Assembly: GCA_013239625.1 (NCBI GenBank)
Contig: MU056756.1
Coordinates: forward strand, 558,001 to 622,000
DNA: 64,000 nucleotides
Origin: Lama guanicoe
Lineage: Eukaryota
Direction of reading: 5' to 3'
The notes under the pieces are model-generated. The model saw only the letters and a list, made by a program, of their open reading frames with translations, searched no databases and was not told the DNA's origin. A program made the translations under genes and the position numbers. Below, one piece after another: positions 1-11,265 of the stretch (position 1 is its first letter; the number at the start of each line of letters is the position of its first letter).

Positions 1-950
1 CCCGGGACGACTGCGCCACGTCCCACGCCAGCGCCAAGATCAACCGGATCCCGGCCAACCTCCTGGACCAGTTCGAGAAGCAGCTCCCACTGCACCGGGA
101 CGGGTTCCACACGCTGCAGTACCAGCGGACGTCCGCGGGCACCGAGCAGCGCAGCGAGAGCCCAGGGCGCATCCGGCACCTCGTCCACTCCGTGCAGAAG
201 CTCTTCACCAAGTCCCACTCCCTGGAGGGCTCGGCCAAGAGCAGCGTGAACGGGACCAAGGGGGACGGCCGGCCGGACGACCACCACCACGGCCACCACG
301 CCAAGCACGGCAAGCGGAGCAAGAGCAAGGAGCGCAGGCCGGAGCCCAGGCTCAGGTCGGGGCTGAGCAGCTGGTGGGGCTCGGATGACAACCTGGACAG
401 TGACAGCACCTACCGGGCGTCCAGTGCCATCAGCAGGCCGCACGTGGGCCCCCTCGCCCACTGCTACCCCGACGCGCTCCCGGGCCCCTTTGGGGACCTG
501 TCGCTGCGCACCTCCAAGAGCAACAGCGACGTCAAGTGCTCGGCCTGCGAGGGCGTGGCCATGACGCCGGACACCAGGTACATGAAGCGGAGCTCCTGGT
601 CCACCCTGACGGTGAGCCAGGCCAAGGAGGCCTACCGCAAGAGCTCGCTGCACCTGGACAAGCCGCTGGTGCACCCGGAGACCAAGCCGCCGCTGCGGCC
701 CTGCCACTACCTGCAGGTAAGGTCTCCCGGCAGCGGCGGGCGGGCGGGCGGGGGCCTGGGGGAGCCCCCTCCTCTAGCCCGCAGCCGCCTTTGCGCCTCG
801 AAGGCCGAGGGCTTGGCAGCAACTGTGCAATGCCTCAGCCCGCGTCCTGTTTTCTCGTTGGAGAGTGGCGGGTTTGGCCGGAGCGGGTTCGCTGGCCTTC
901 CCTGACGGAAGCATCTTTAAACCTGCAGGACACCGAGGCGCGTGGTTGTG
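1..950. promoter_or_regulatory. CpG-island-like intragenic region over the large exon and its donor
   Basis: Very dense CG dinucleotides by eye; observed/expected ratio not computed. Confidence 0.55.
3..716 (+). CDS. DLGAP2: DLGAP2 large coding exon (5'-partial; starts upstream of window)
   Basis: Frame from nt 3 reads RDDCATSHASAKINRIPANLLDQFEKQLPLHRDGFHTLQYQRT...SESPGRIRHLVHSVQKLFTKSHSLEG...WWGSDDNLDSDSTY...YMKRSSWSTLTVSQAKEAY...RPCHYLQ, the SAPAP-family N-terminal motifs. Ends at CAG|GTAAGG (phase 0). Confidence 0.97.
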
Positions 951-2785
951 GAGAATGCATCTGTTCCTCTGGGGTGCAGATGAAACACATTCACCAGAGG
1001 CAAAAACAGACTAAACACGGTGGGTGGGTGGCTGGAGGAGGCGCACCATGGAACTCCGTGTTATATAATTTCCTTCCCATCTCAGCGCCTCATCACGCTG
1101 TGGCTGAGTGTGCTGGGGGTGCCCCGAGAGGCACCCACCTCTTTTAAGGAGCTCCTGCCCTGACTTCTGTCAGTGCAGCAGTGCTGTCAGCAAAGACTGA
1201 AGGTCTGAAGTTTCCCTTTAGAACACGTGTAGTCGGATTCCAGTTCAGCCACTTCGCCTCTCCCGACAGCAGCAGCTGAGGGCTGCGTGCCGGGTTAGAG
1301 ATCTTCCCAGAGCAACGGGTAACAGTGCTGAGTGCCGGCTGAGTCACCAGGCGGGCAATTAATGGGACTACAGACAACTGGGAGTCTTTTCAGGCGTCAG
1401 GTGGCTGCAGATCATTTTAGCAGCTCCGACTGCCATCTGGTACCTTGTCCAAAACCCAGTGGTTCTGTTTTAAACGGAAATGTTAACCAAATTGCTTTTG
1501 CAGGCAGATTTATTCAAGGAGACAAATTGGTAGTCGGATAAAATATTATTTTTATAGCAATGGAAGGGACGAGTCCTGCTTGTAGTGAGCGAGCTCTGGT
1601 AAGACATAAACATGGCGGCTTTGCCTGGATGCGTCTAAAGGGACACGATGGGGGCGCCCAGGGCCCCGTCCACTCGTTCTTGGAGAAGCAGGCCTCTCTT
1701 GTCTTTCTCCGTTTGTACCTGGGAAGCCTCTCGCGCGGTGTCCCCTCAGCATTTCAGAATGGGCCTCCAGCTGTGGTGCTGGGTCCCTGGGAGCCAGACC
1801 CGCCACCCAGCTTCTGGAGCCGTCCATTCCCGGCTCGTCTTGTCTCACCCACGCCCACCCCCCTTCCCACCCAGGGCACGTCGAAACAAACCCCACACGG
1901 CCCGCCCCGGACAGAGACGGCACACGGCGAGCGGTGACCCACTCCAGTGCTCTGTCTTTGGTTCCCAGCTTGGCCTTGTGCCTGTGACGGGCGGTCCAGA
2001 ATGTCACTGAAACAAATTCTTCACTGAGTGATGGTGGGGTTTTGAGTATTTGCCAGCTGTGAGTCTGGTGAGTCCTTCTGCCTCATTAATCTCATGTACA
2101 TCAGACTTTGTGGTCAGATTCAGCAGCGGCTGAGAAAGGCGCCCTGAAAATCATCGGCGTCGCCTAGACCTCTGATGCCTTGTGGGTGGACATTACCCAC
2201 GATCACCGGTTACAGATGGCGCAGCCTGTGTGTGACGAAGGACGGTGAGGAGTGTCTGTGGTAGGAAATCAGAGACAGGAGGACACGTGGCCGGGCCTGT
2301 CTCCCGTGGGGACTGTCTTGAGCCTCTAGCGGCCAGTAAGCGGCACCCCCACTGTTGCCCGCTGTCCCCGGGACAGGAGTGGCCCCGGCTGGGAGCCACG
2401 AGGTTCACCGCTAGTTGGACTTCGGTTCGTCAGAAGCCGGCGCACAGCTGGGCCAGGGAGCAAGCACCGCCCTTGCCGCGCCCCCCACCCCTGCTGTGTC
2501 CCGCCGCCCCGCCCAGCGCCCCTCCCTCCCCGGGGAACGGATCGGCTGGGAAGACTTTCTTACGAGACACCTTCCCAGGCCCCCCGGGGCTTGCTGACCA
2601 CCTGACCGCGTGCTCTCCGAACCCCGGCCCTTCTTGCAACTGTCTCGACAACTTTCCTGCCACAACAGTGGCTCCCAAACTGACCAGCCGAGGCTCCTGC
2701 TTGTGACAAATACCTCACAGTGCCGCCTTGACTGCTCTAAAATGAAATTCCTGTGTAACCAACCTACACGCATGTTCTGAGTATG

Positions 2786-3005
2786 CAGCTGACCCTGGAG
2801 CGACGCGGGTTTGAGCTGCGTGGGTCCACACACGGGCAGACTCCTCAGCAGCAGATGCGCCTGCGCTGGGCGGGGTGGCCCGCGGCTGGGGAATCCCAGG
2901 GGCTGCACCGTGCGAGCACAGGGCTGACGGTGAGTGGCACTCGGACTTCCCTCTGCAGGGAGGGCCCGGCCCTCCAAGCCCCTCAATTATGTAATGTGCC
3001 CGGAC
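2786..3005 (+). mobile_element. Tigger2/MER28-like DNA transposon remnant (TcMar-Tigger)
   Basis: Begins CAGCTGACCCTGGAGCGACGCGGGTTTGAGCTGCGTGGGTCCAC, resembling the Tigger2 terminus CAGTTGACCCTTGAACAACACGGGTTTGAACTGCGCGGGTCCAC (recalled). The right end is degraded. Confidence 0.65.
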
Positions 3006-4939
3006 TCCAATAGAACGGAGAAGCTAAAGGCAGGCAGAGGTGAATGGCGAGGTCCCACTGCGCAGCACAGGGACCTGCATCCACTCCCTTGCAGTGGCCG
3101 TACATAAACCTGAGTCACTGTGCTGCACGCCGGACGCAACACTGTAGACTGGCCAAGCTTCAAGTGAGAAAGTAAGCTGTCTTCTTTTCCTCGAAAGGGG
3201 AGTACCTTGTATCCAAGAACATGAATTTTGACATAAAAGCGCCTGGGCACGGGACAAGCATGTCCTGAAGGAGGTGATGGGAAGCGCGTTTCTGGCTGAA
3301 GGCTGACCTCACTGAGACCCCCGGAGGGGCCCTGATGACCAGTCCCACCGCGGATGCGCCAGCCTGGGGGGTTTGGAAGTGGTAAACAGTTCTCAGGGAA
3401 GCATCACACCGAACGGGGTTCTCTTTCCCTTGATTTACGTGGTAAGTTGCACACCTGAAAAAGTCACTGTTCATTAAAACCATGCAGAAGAAAAGGCAAA
3501 AACCCAGCCAGCTTTGGTTAGCGTGCAAAGAAGGGTCAGCTCCCAGGCTCAGGTCGTTACAGACAGAAGAGCCACCAGCAGCGTCAGACAGGCACGCGCC
3601 AGGCGCTCGTGGCGCGGGACTGCTTCCTGCTTTCCTGAGAGCAAGCATCTCTGGTCCCGGGAGGCGGGCCGCGCTCCCCAGGGGTGCGGAAGTCACGGCT
3701 GCCCCAGATGGAGATCGGGGTGGCCCCGGCGGGCGCCCCCACTTGGAACCGCTGTCCTTTCTGTGAAAACCTGGAACCGAGGAGCCCAGCCCTGCTGCTC
3801 TCAGTTTTATCCCCAGAGGCGGGTGTACCTGGCATGCATTTAAAACAAGCAAGTAAGTCATGGAGTGAGCGGAGAAGACGTTCCCTGGGGGGACTCACAG
3901 CGTTTGGGGCGTTTTTCCTTGATTGTCACCCCTGAAAGAGAATATTGTTACCAAGCCCTGGCCCTTGCCACCTGGGCCCTGCTGCCTGATAGGCTAATAC
4001 GCCGCGTTCAAGCCTGCTTGATGCCAGAAACAGGAGATTCCGAAATGCACGCTGAACTCGACCTCCGGAGGATGCTCTTCAGAAGTTACAGATCTCACTC
4101 GGCACTCTGTGCAGACAGGAGATTAGGGTAATGAATTGTCAATCACTGCAGCAGAGGCCACGCGGGGTCCGCAGGTCGGGGCTCCTGTGGGCGCAGGCTC
4201 ACCCCTGCATTCCCTCGGGTCGGCCCCCCGGACGTCTCCTGCCGCAGGTGTTTGACACGGGCATGTGCCCAGCAGTCACTCACTGAGGCACAGTGCGTGC
4301 CAGCGTTGCCCCTCGTCCTCTCGACGGTCCTGAGGCGCCTGCAGGGAAGCAGCCTTCGTGCCCTGCGCCTGGGTCTGCTCTCCCTCCTCTGGTGTTGAAA
4401 CCTCTTCTGTCACCGGCTGCGACACTGGCTGCTTAAATCAGAAACAAAAAATACAAACTGGTCTCATTTGTTAGCTAATTCACAGGCTGCTGGGGAAAAA
4501 AATTCTTTACTTTGTTATTTTTATGGAAACATGTTTTTAATTCACAAAAATTCCCTAAAGCTGCCAACGGGAACGCATTTTCATCACGAACGAGTTCTCT
4601 CCATCTGTCCCGGCCCAGCCTCCAGCCTCCAGCCTCCCTCCCCAGAACACCCGCCCCGTGGCTGAGCCACTCCTCCCCGCTAAGCGGGGACACTGGGAGC
4701 CTGTGCCTTTGGGTGCCTCTTTCTTCCGCCTCCATGTCAACTCCCAGTTAGTTAGAACCCTGACCTCACCTCCAGGAAGTCCTCCCAGGTTCTCCACCTC
4801 TCTGTGGATGGCTTGGTTCCATCCCTGACCCCCTCTGCACCTGCCTCTTTGGTCCTAATTAAACCATAATTTACTGTATTTTATGCCAGTCTCCTCTGCT
4901 GAAAGATACTGGCATTCAGGACTGAATTTTCTTAAATTA

Positions 4940-5400
4940 AAAAAATATTTTACTTTTAATTGCAATAGCAATATATATGGTCCATGTAGAAAACTGAGAA
5001 AATAGAAGCTTAAAGAAAAACTACTGGGAAGCCCACAGTCACTGTCTCCCAGTGATGGTTCCACATCCTTCTGGCTGTTTCTCTGCAAAATGCAGGCACG
5101 CCTGTCTTTAAAGTGTAAGAACATGGAGGGCCTCCTCTGCTCTAAATATTGACCCCGCCACGTGGACATCTTTCCACGGCTAAGTGTGTCTTCTTCTACA
5201 CTGGATCCATGGTTCGGTTGTAGTAAATATTTCACACCGCCCCGATCAGATATTAGAGTGTCTCCTCCCTTTACCCAAGTGAAGAATTCACAGTCCCTGG
5301 CACGAGCCCCGTTGTCTGGGGACACCTTCGTAGCAGCGACATTGCCGGGTCAGACGGCGTGGACAGTCGGAAGTTCTGACATGTTTCCATGAAGACTGGG
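4940..5400 (-). mobile_element. Old L1 (L1ME-like) 3' fragment
   Basis: Resembles the antisense L1M 3' end; highly diverged. Confidence 0.35.
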
Positions 5401-6612
5401 CCCCCGTTCCCGCCTGGCGTGAGATGGTGCCACGTCTTTCTCCATCCTGGCGATTAGTTCTGACTGCTGAGAACTGACTTTCCCGTCGTGGGCTGTAATG
5501 TGGGAGGTGTCTGACCACGTGTTCTGAGAAGAGGGAGGAAAGGGGTTTCAGCTGAGAACGCTGCCTTTCCAGCCAGGCTGCAGTTCCCCGGTGGGGATGG
5601 TGGCAGTGGGCTCATCGGCAACATCGAAACTGGGAGGACGGCAGGACCCAGTTTCAGATGAGCTGACGCGGGTACAGAAGTCCCTCGGTATTTGCACCAG
5701 GAAGAGCCCCACCCCGGAGACTCTGAATGTGACATCGCATCCTCCTCTGTCTCTGTGAAGCGCATGTGGGAGATCCCCTCACCCAGCATGACCGGCACAC
5801 GGAACCCCGTGAGTTGTGGGTGCGTCCGTGGAATTGTGCGACCTCCATGCGCTGCAGACCGCTGCCTGGTGCGGGTTTGCTTTCGTAAACGTGCACAGCG
5901 GGGGAGTGTGGGACGGGACGCTGAGCTGCACAGGACAGGTGGGTGGTGGGGACACCGGATCAGACAAGGTCCGTGACTTGGGTGTGTCAGGGAAGGTGGA
6001 CACCGAAAGATGGGCCAGCTTTATCCTGTCTGTGGCTTAGCCAGCACTCAGGCCGGAAGCTTGACGCAGCAGCACGGAGGGGTGTCCCCCGTGGGCGTCT
6101 GCTGGGACGCGGGACGGGGGCAGTGGTCAGCTCCGTGGGGTGAGCTGGCCCAGCGCGCCTCCCCCAGGATGCCGGGCCCTGGCTCGACGTGGCGGTGCAG
6201 CCCGTGGCACGCAGTAGGCCCTGCTCCGTCCCTCCTTACGTTTTTTCTTCTCCTTCCTCCTCTCTTTCCTCCTCCTCCTCCTACACGCCGGAGACCTCTT
6301 TCCTTCCAGTTTTCTCAAGTTTCAGCGACTTTTGTACCAGAAGGAAATAAATCTGAATGTTGGTGTTCCTTCCTAGTTGCTGAGACGGCAGGTGGGATGT
6401 CTCCCCGTCCCGCTTTGCTGGCACGGACTCCCTCTCACCGTTACAGTGCGGGGAAAGGCAGTAACTGGCTCTGGTGTCCCTGGGGACCCGCACTCAGCGC
6501 TCTGAGGACATCTGCCCTCACCTGCCTCGAGAGGAGACGCCAGGGGCCCTTCCGGGCTGAGTCTCCCGGGTGCGGGGTCGGTGCCAGGCTGACCGTGTCT
6601 GCTCTCTCCTAG

Positions 6613-6809
6613 GTGCCCCAGGACGAGTGGGGTGGGTGCCCCGCAGGGGGCCGAGACGACGAGATCCCCTGCCGGAGGATGCGGAGCGGGAGCTACATCA
6701 AAGCCATGGGTGACGAGGAGAGCGGGGAGTCGGACTCCAGCCCCAAGACGCCCCCCCCGGGGCCCCTGCTCCAGCCCCTCGGACAGAGGCCGCTGGGAGA
6801 CCTCCAAAC
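6613..6809 (+). CDS. DLGAP2: DLGAP2 coding exon (VPQDEW...GK-binding repeat RMRSGSYIKAM)
   Basis: Acceptor ctctctcctag at 6602-6612. Translation VPQDEWGGCPAGGRDDEIPCRRMRSGSYIKAMGDEESGESDSSPKTPPPGPLLQPLGQRPLGDLQ(T). Donor AC|GTAAGC, 197 nt, phase 0 to 2. Confidence 0.96.
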
Positions 6810-9149
6810 GTAAGCCCCAGCGCACTGCCCCCCACCCCGGCCCCGGTGTCCTCTCCGCACGGCTGACCGCTGCCAGCTGTCCACCTGAACAGTCCTGGGT
6901 TGAAAATGTTAGACTTTGCATAAAACAATCAGTCTCTGCGTTGTTACTGCAGAGTAATTACGGAGGTACACCTGGGCCACATCTGTGTCAAGGATTAATT
7001 TTAAAGCAGCTCTCCTCGCCGGTGGCGCACCGGCGCCTCCTCAGATCACCCCGGTTGTTGACCAGGGGCACGTCTGTGTGAGTGTGAGCGAGTGTGTGAG
7101 TGTGAGCAGGTGTGTGAGCGAAAATCACAGCAGAGCGTTTCTTGTTTACTGTAACGTTACACGTGCCTGTGGAGGCCGCATGCTGTTCGCAGGGGAGGGG
7201 CAGGACATGGGTCCACTTCACAGCTAGAAAGCACAGGCTTTGTATGTTTGTCCAGAAATACACAGTCCATGTGTGTAACTTGTTTCACAAAATACAAACC
7301 AAGGAAACGAGGAACTCGATTACTCCTCTGTGAACTGTGAACATACGACTGACCCTTAACTGTCACCGTGCTGTGTGTATCTGGCCCGTTTGGCTAAGTC
7401 TGGATGTAAATGCAAAAACTGCCTGCTTTTCCCACCGCGAGCTGTATGTCGTCCCGTGGGAAGGTCCGAGGAGATTTGCCGGTGCTGCGTCCAGAGCGGC
7501 TGCAGCCTGGACAGAGGATGAGGCTGTGACCGGAGTGTTACCTTGGTGTCGGTCCGCCCCCACCCCCACCGTGCACACGGCAGCACGTGGAACCAGGTGT
7601 GATTTCTTCTCCCAGTAAATCCCCCGACCTGTTAGTCTCCTTGCAGGATGGGAACTAAAACCCTGCAGACATGAACCACACCTTTGTGGCCTGCCTCCCT
7701 TAAGTTCCACAGCAGTTGCGTTGGGGACGCCAGGCAGGAAGGGGTGACGGTCAGCGCCATCTGCCGCCTCCCTCACGTGTCCCCTGAGGCCCTGCCTCAC
7801 GGAGAAGATGGTCGGTGGAGGGGGTTGTGAGGGCGTGGCCGGGAGCCCAGCCAGAGTCTCGCCCTTTGGAGCTCACAGAGGGAACTAGGGGAGGGAGGCG
7901 CATGTCAGAGAAACCCAGTCTTGGAAGAGGTTCTCACTGGGAAGTTGTGCTGGGGGGAGCCAGAGGCATCACTGACCCTGCCCCCTGCAGTCAAGGGCTG
8001 CACCAGACCTCAGTCTCCCCACCTTGATGTGGGGGGGCTGGGGAACACCTGAGAACGTGGGGTCCCTGGAACCCTCCCTGGGCGCCAGCTGTGCTGAGCA
8101 GGTCGTGGGGTTTGAACCCCTGGGTAGGGGGCTGCCGACGTAACTTCTCGTGTTAAAAGTGTGTCATTCATTTCATGATCGTGCACATTAAAAGAAAACC
8201 ATGGAAAAGAAAAGAAAAAAAAAGCAAGCAGTGTAGTGACTGCGAGCAGGCATCAGGCCTCCTTAAGGATTATGCACTTTACTTTCCTGTTGACGAGGTC
8301 CCCCTCCTGGCCTGTGGACCCCCTGGCCCGCGCTCGCGCATCCTGTCCCCACGCCTGACCTCTCCCCCGGGCACTTCAGTCCCCTCCCTCCCCAGCACCT
8401 GCAGCCCGTCCCTCTCCTCGTCTCAGGGGCTGGCCCGGGGCCTCGTGCCAGGCGCCCACGCTGACAGTGCTCAGAGGGCGGGTTAGGAATCTGCATTTGT
8501 AAGACCCACTTCGTTACCCAGTACAGTAAAAGTTCCCCCCAAACCCAAGGGAGCGATGGAGAGGCAGGGCTGCTGGAACACACTTTGAACAACGTGTCCC
8601 CTGGACAGACCTGCACCTATAAGTAGTAACACGTTATTCGTGGCAACACGGCCAGGAATAGCAAAAGCTGAAAATAACCCCAGGTTCACCCTTACAGTCC
8701 TGACTGAATAGCAGATGTACACGTGTTCAAACAGCAGAATGTTACTAATGGAACATGGTAGAATGTTAGGTGGCTGTGAGAAACGGGGAAGACTTCTGTG
8801 TGCCGACACAGAGCGATCAGAGCGCGTTAAACAGCCAAGTGCAGAGCGTTAGTAAATAACGTGCCGCTTTGCACATAATGGGAAAATAAGACGACAGCTC
8901 TTGTCCGTCTCTATGACGTAGTGAAACCACGAGAATAAGTAAGAAACTAATAAAAAATGCTTACCTCTAAGGAGTGAGGAGGAGGCAGGCGCAGCAGGGA
9001 AGGCCCAGGACGTCTCAGTGTGTGCCTTTTATATATCATGCCAACCTTCGTTTATGCAGATGTGCCGTCTACTCAGAAATACCAGGACTTAGAAGACACA
9101 GTGAAAGACAGTAAAGCCACTCTCAGGAGACAGAGCAACCACGGGATGG

Positions 9150-9925
9150 ACAGGTGACACTGGCGACAGGACTGCCAAGAAAACTTTGAAATAACAGATT
9201 ATTACAGTAAAGGGTCTAAGGGGAAGCGTGGACTCCACAGACAGAGGAAAATTACAGGACGGGGGCAGCGAGAAGTGCTGTGAAGGAAGGTCACGTGGAG
9301 GAACGACGAGCTTTGCTGACTGGCTCGTCAGTAGACGTGACTGAGTGGTAAGCAGTGAACTCGAAGGCAGGTGCACAGAGACCACCACACTGAAACGCGA
9401 AGGAGAAAACGTAGGGCGCGAAAAGCAGAGGAGCGCGTTGAAGAGCTGCGGGGAGGCGTCAAGCTGTCCAGCACGGAGGAGCCCCGGAGGGAAGAGACGT
9501 CTGAAGATGTAACGTCCAAGAATTCCTGAACGTCATGAGACGTTAAGTCAGAGACTGAAGAGCTCGGAACTCTCGAGAAAGATAAACACCCAAACAACGA
9601 AACAAACCAAAGGCCTCACCCCGTCTCCCCATCGCGTTCCAACCACCAGAAGCCAAGGATAAAGGGGACTCTTACAGAACAAGACGCTACCTACAGAGGA
9701 ACAGACAGTTTCAGCTTCTCAGCATAAACTCTCCAAGCCAGAAACAACGAAGGGAGATGCTTAAAGTATGAAAAGAGAAGCTGATTAACCCAGAATTCTA
9801 GACTTAGAGAAAGTACCGTTCAAAAATGAAAATGAAATAGAGACCTTTTCACAAAAACAGAAGTTGAGAAAAGCATTGTCAGCAGACCTGGTACCGTGAG
9901 AAAAATTACAGGAAGTCCTTGGAGT
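9150..9925 (+). mobile_element. L1 ORF1-region remnant (L1M-type)
   Basis: A-rich purine strand with L1 ORF1-like tracts (aacccagaattctagac...gttcaaaaatgaaaatgaaatagagaccttttcacaaaaacagaagttgaga...cagcagacct); no intact ORF. Confidence 0.6.
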
Positions 9926-10906
9926 GTGGCTGTGAAACAGCGCGGTGCCAGACAGACGCCTGGGGCCGTGCGGGGCTCCGAGGGCCCGCGTCCGCACTGT
10001 GACAGCCCATGCGTGTCTCCGCCCGGTCCCCGGAGCTGTGCAGGCGGCGAGGGACACGGACGGCCAGCAGCTGGGCCCCACCTGGCGAAACTGAGGACAG
10101 AGGGCGGTGACAGTGCACACAGTCCCTTTGGGGTGAGAAGCAGATGCTGGCCTGGGGCTGAAAGGGGCCACACTTCTCCCCGGCTGCCCTCGTCTGCTGT
10201 GTTCCCGGGGAACGCACTGAGTAAAGAGTTCAGAGCGAAGAGGCTGTAAAATCTGAGGGCGAAGTCACGTAACACTAAGCCCGACAGTGAGCCTGCAGCG
10301 GCAGTGGCTGTTCTAAGTGCCTTGTGTGCGGTTCTCCCAAATGCACTAAAATGATTTATTCTCCTGAAACCGCCATCTTCCTTGGTAAATGATGCTTAAC
10401 GAATGAATTCACATACTTAGTCATCCAATAAATAAGTGTGTGTTATGAACTAAGTATATAAATAAGATAATATTAAGTAAATAAGTAAATGTACCAAAAA
10501 TAAAAAATAGAAACAAAAAGTGTAAGAATTAAAAAAAATAAGCGTACAGATTGCCAGGATATTAACTAGGCACCAAAAACCAGTCAACTGAAAATGACAG
10601 AATTCTTTTTCACAGTTAAAAAAGTAAGGGTTTGATGACCTGAATTGCTTTTGCAATAACCACTTTATTAGGATAAATCTTTTTTAAATCTCTTTTACTG
10701 TGAAATGTATCAATATGTATGTATGAAAAATACTTACATTATTTCTTCCCTGAGCCTCCAAAGAGAACTCAGTCTGGCTGACGCCTTGCTGTCCGTGTGT
10801 GGGGCGGTGACCAGAGAACCGGTCCCACCGCGCCAGACTGTGACCTGCGGTTCTAACGTGACCTAGCACAGGAAGGCTGCGCTCAGCCACTGAGTTCATG
10901 GTAACA

Positions 10907-11265
10907 TGGCGTTAGTCAGCGTTCTGAGACACGGGGCCTGTGTGCCTCAGAGGGATTACCTGTGAGGAGCTGGCTCCCATGACTGGCAGGCTGATGGCCC
11001 AGGGGAGACGCTGCTGCAGCTCAAGTCTGAAGGCGTCTGGACGCTTCCTCTTCCTCAAGGAGGTTGATCTTTTCTCTTAAGACCTTCAACTGGTTGGGCG
11101 AGGCCCACCCGCATTCTGAGGGCAGTCTACTTACTCAGTCTACCAGTTTAAATGTTAATCGCATCTTCAAAAAAAACTCCTTCACAGTACTGTCTAGACT
11201 ACTATTTGACCAGATATCTGGGTCCCGCAGTCTAGCCAAGTTGATGCATAAGATTAACCGCCACA
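10907..11265 (-). mobile_element. MLT2-like solo LTR (ERVL)
   Basis: Ends ctagccaagttgatgcataagattaaccgccaca, the reverse complement of the MLT2 5' terminus. Internal gaggcccacccgcatt...aatgttaatc matches the family. Confidence 0.7.

Noticed and set aside
717-905. ORF read-through past exon donors (also after 20488, 24874, 42567, 50384, 56641)
   Set aside because: Family similarity stops exactly at canonical GT donors; the extensions are intronic.
3834-3858. ATG...GCAA|GTAAGT as an alternative first exon
   Set aside because: The donor is phase 1 relative to that ATG, incompatible with the phase-0 VPQDEW exon, and the phase-0 frame has a TAA.
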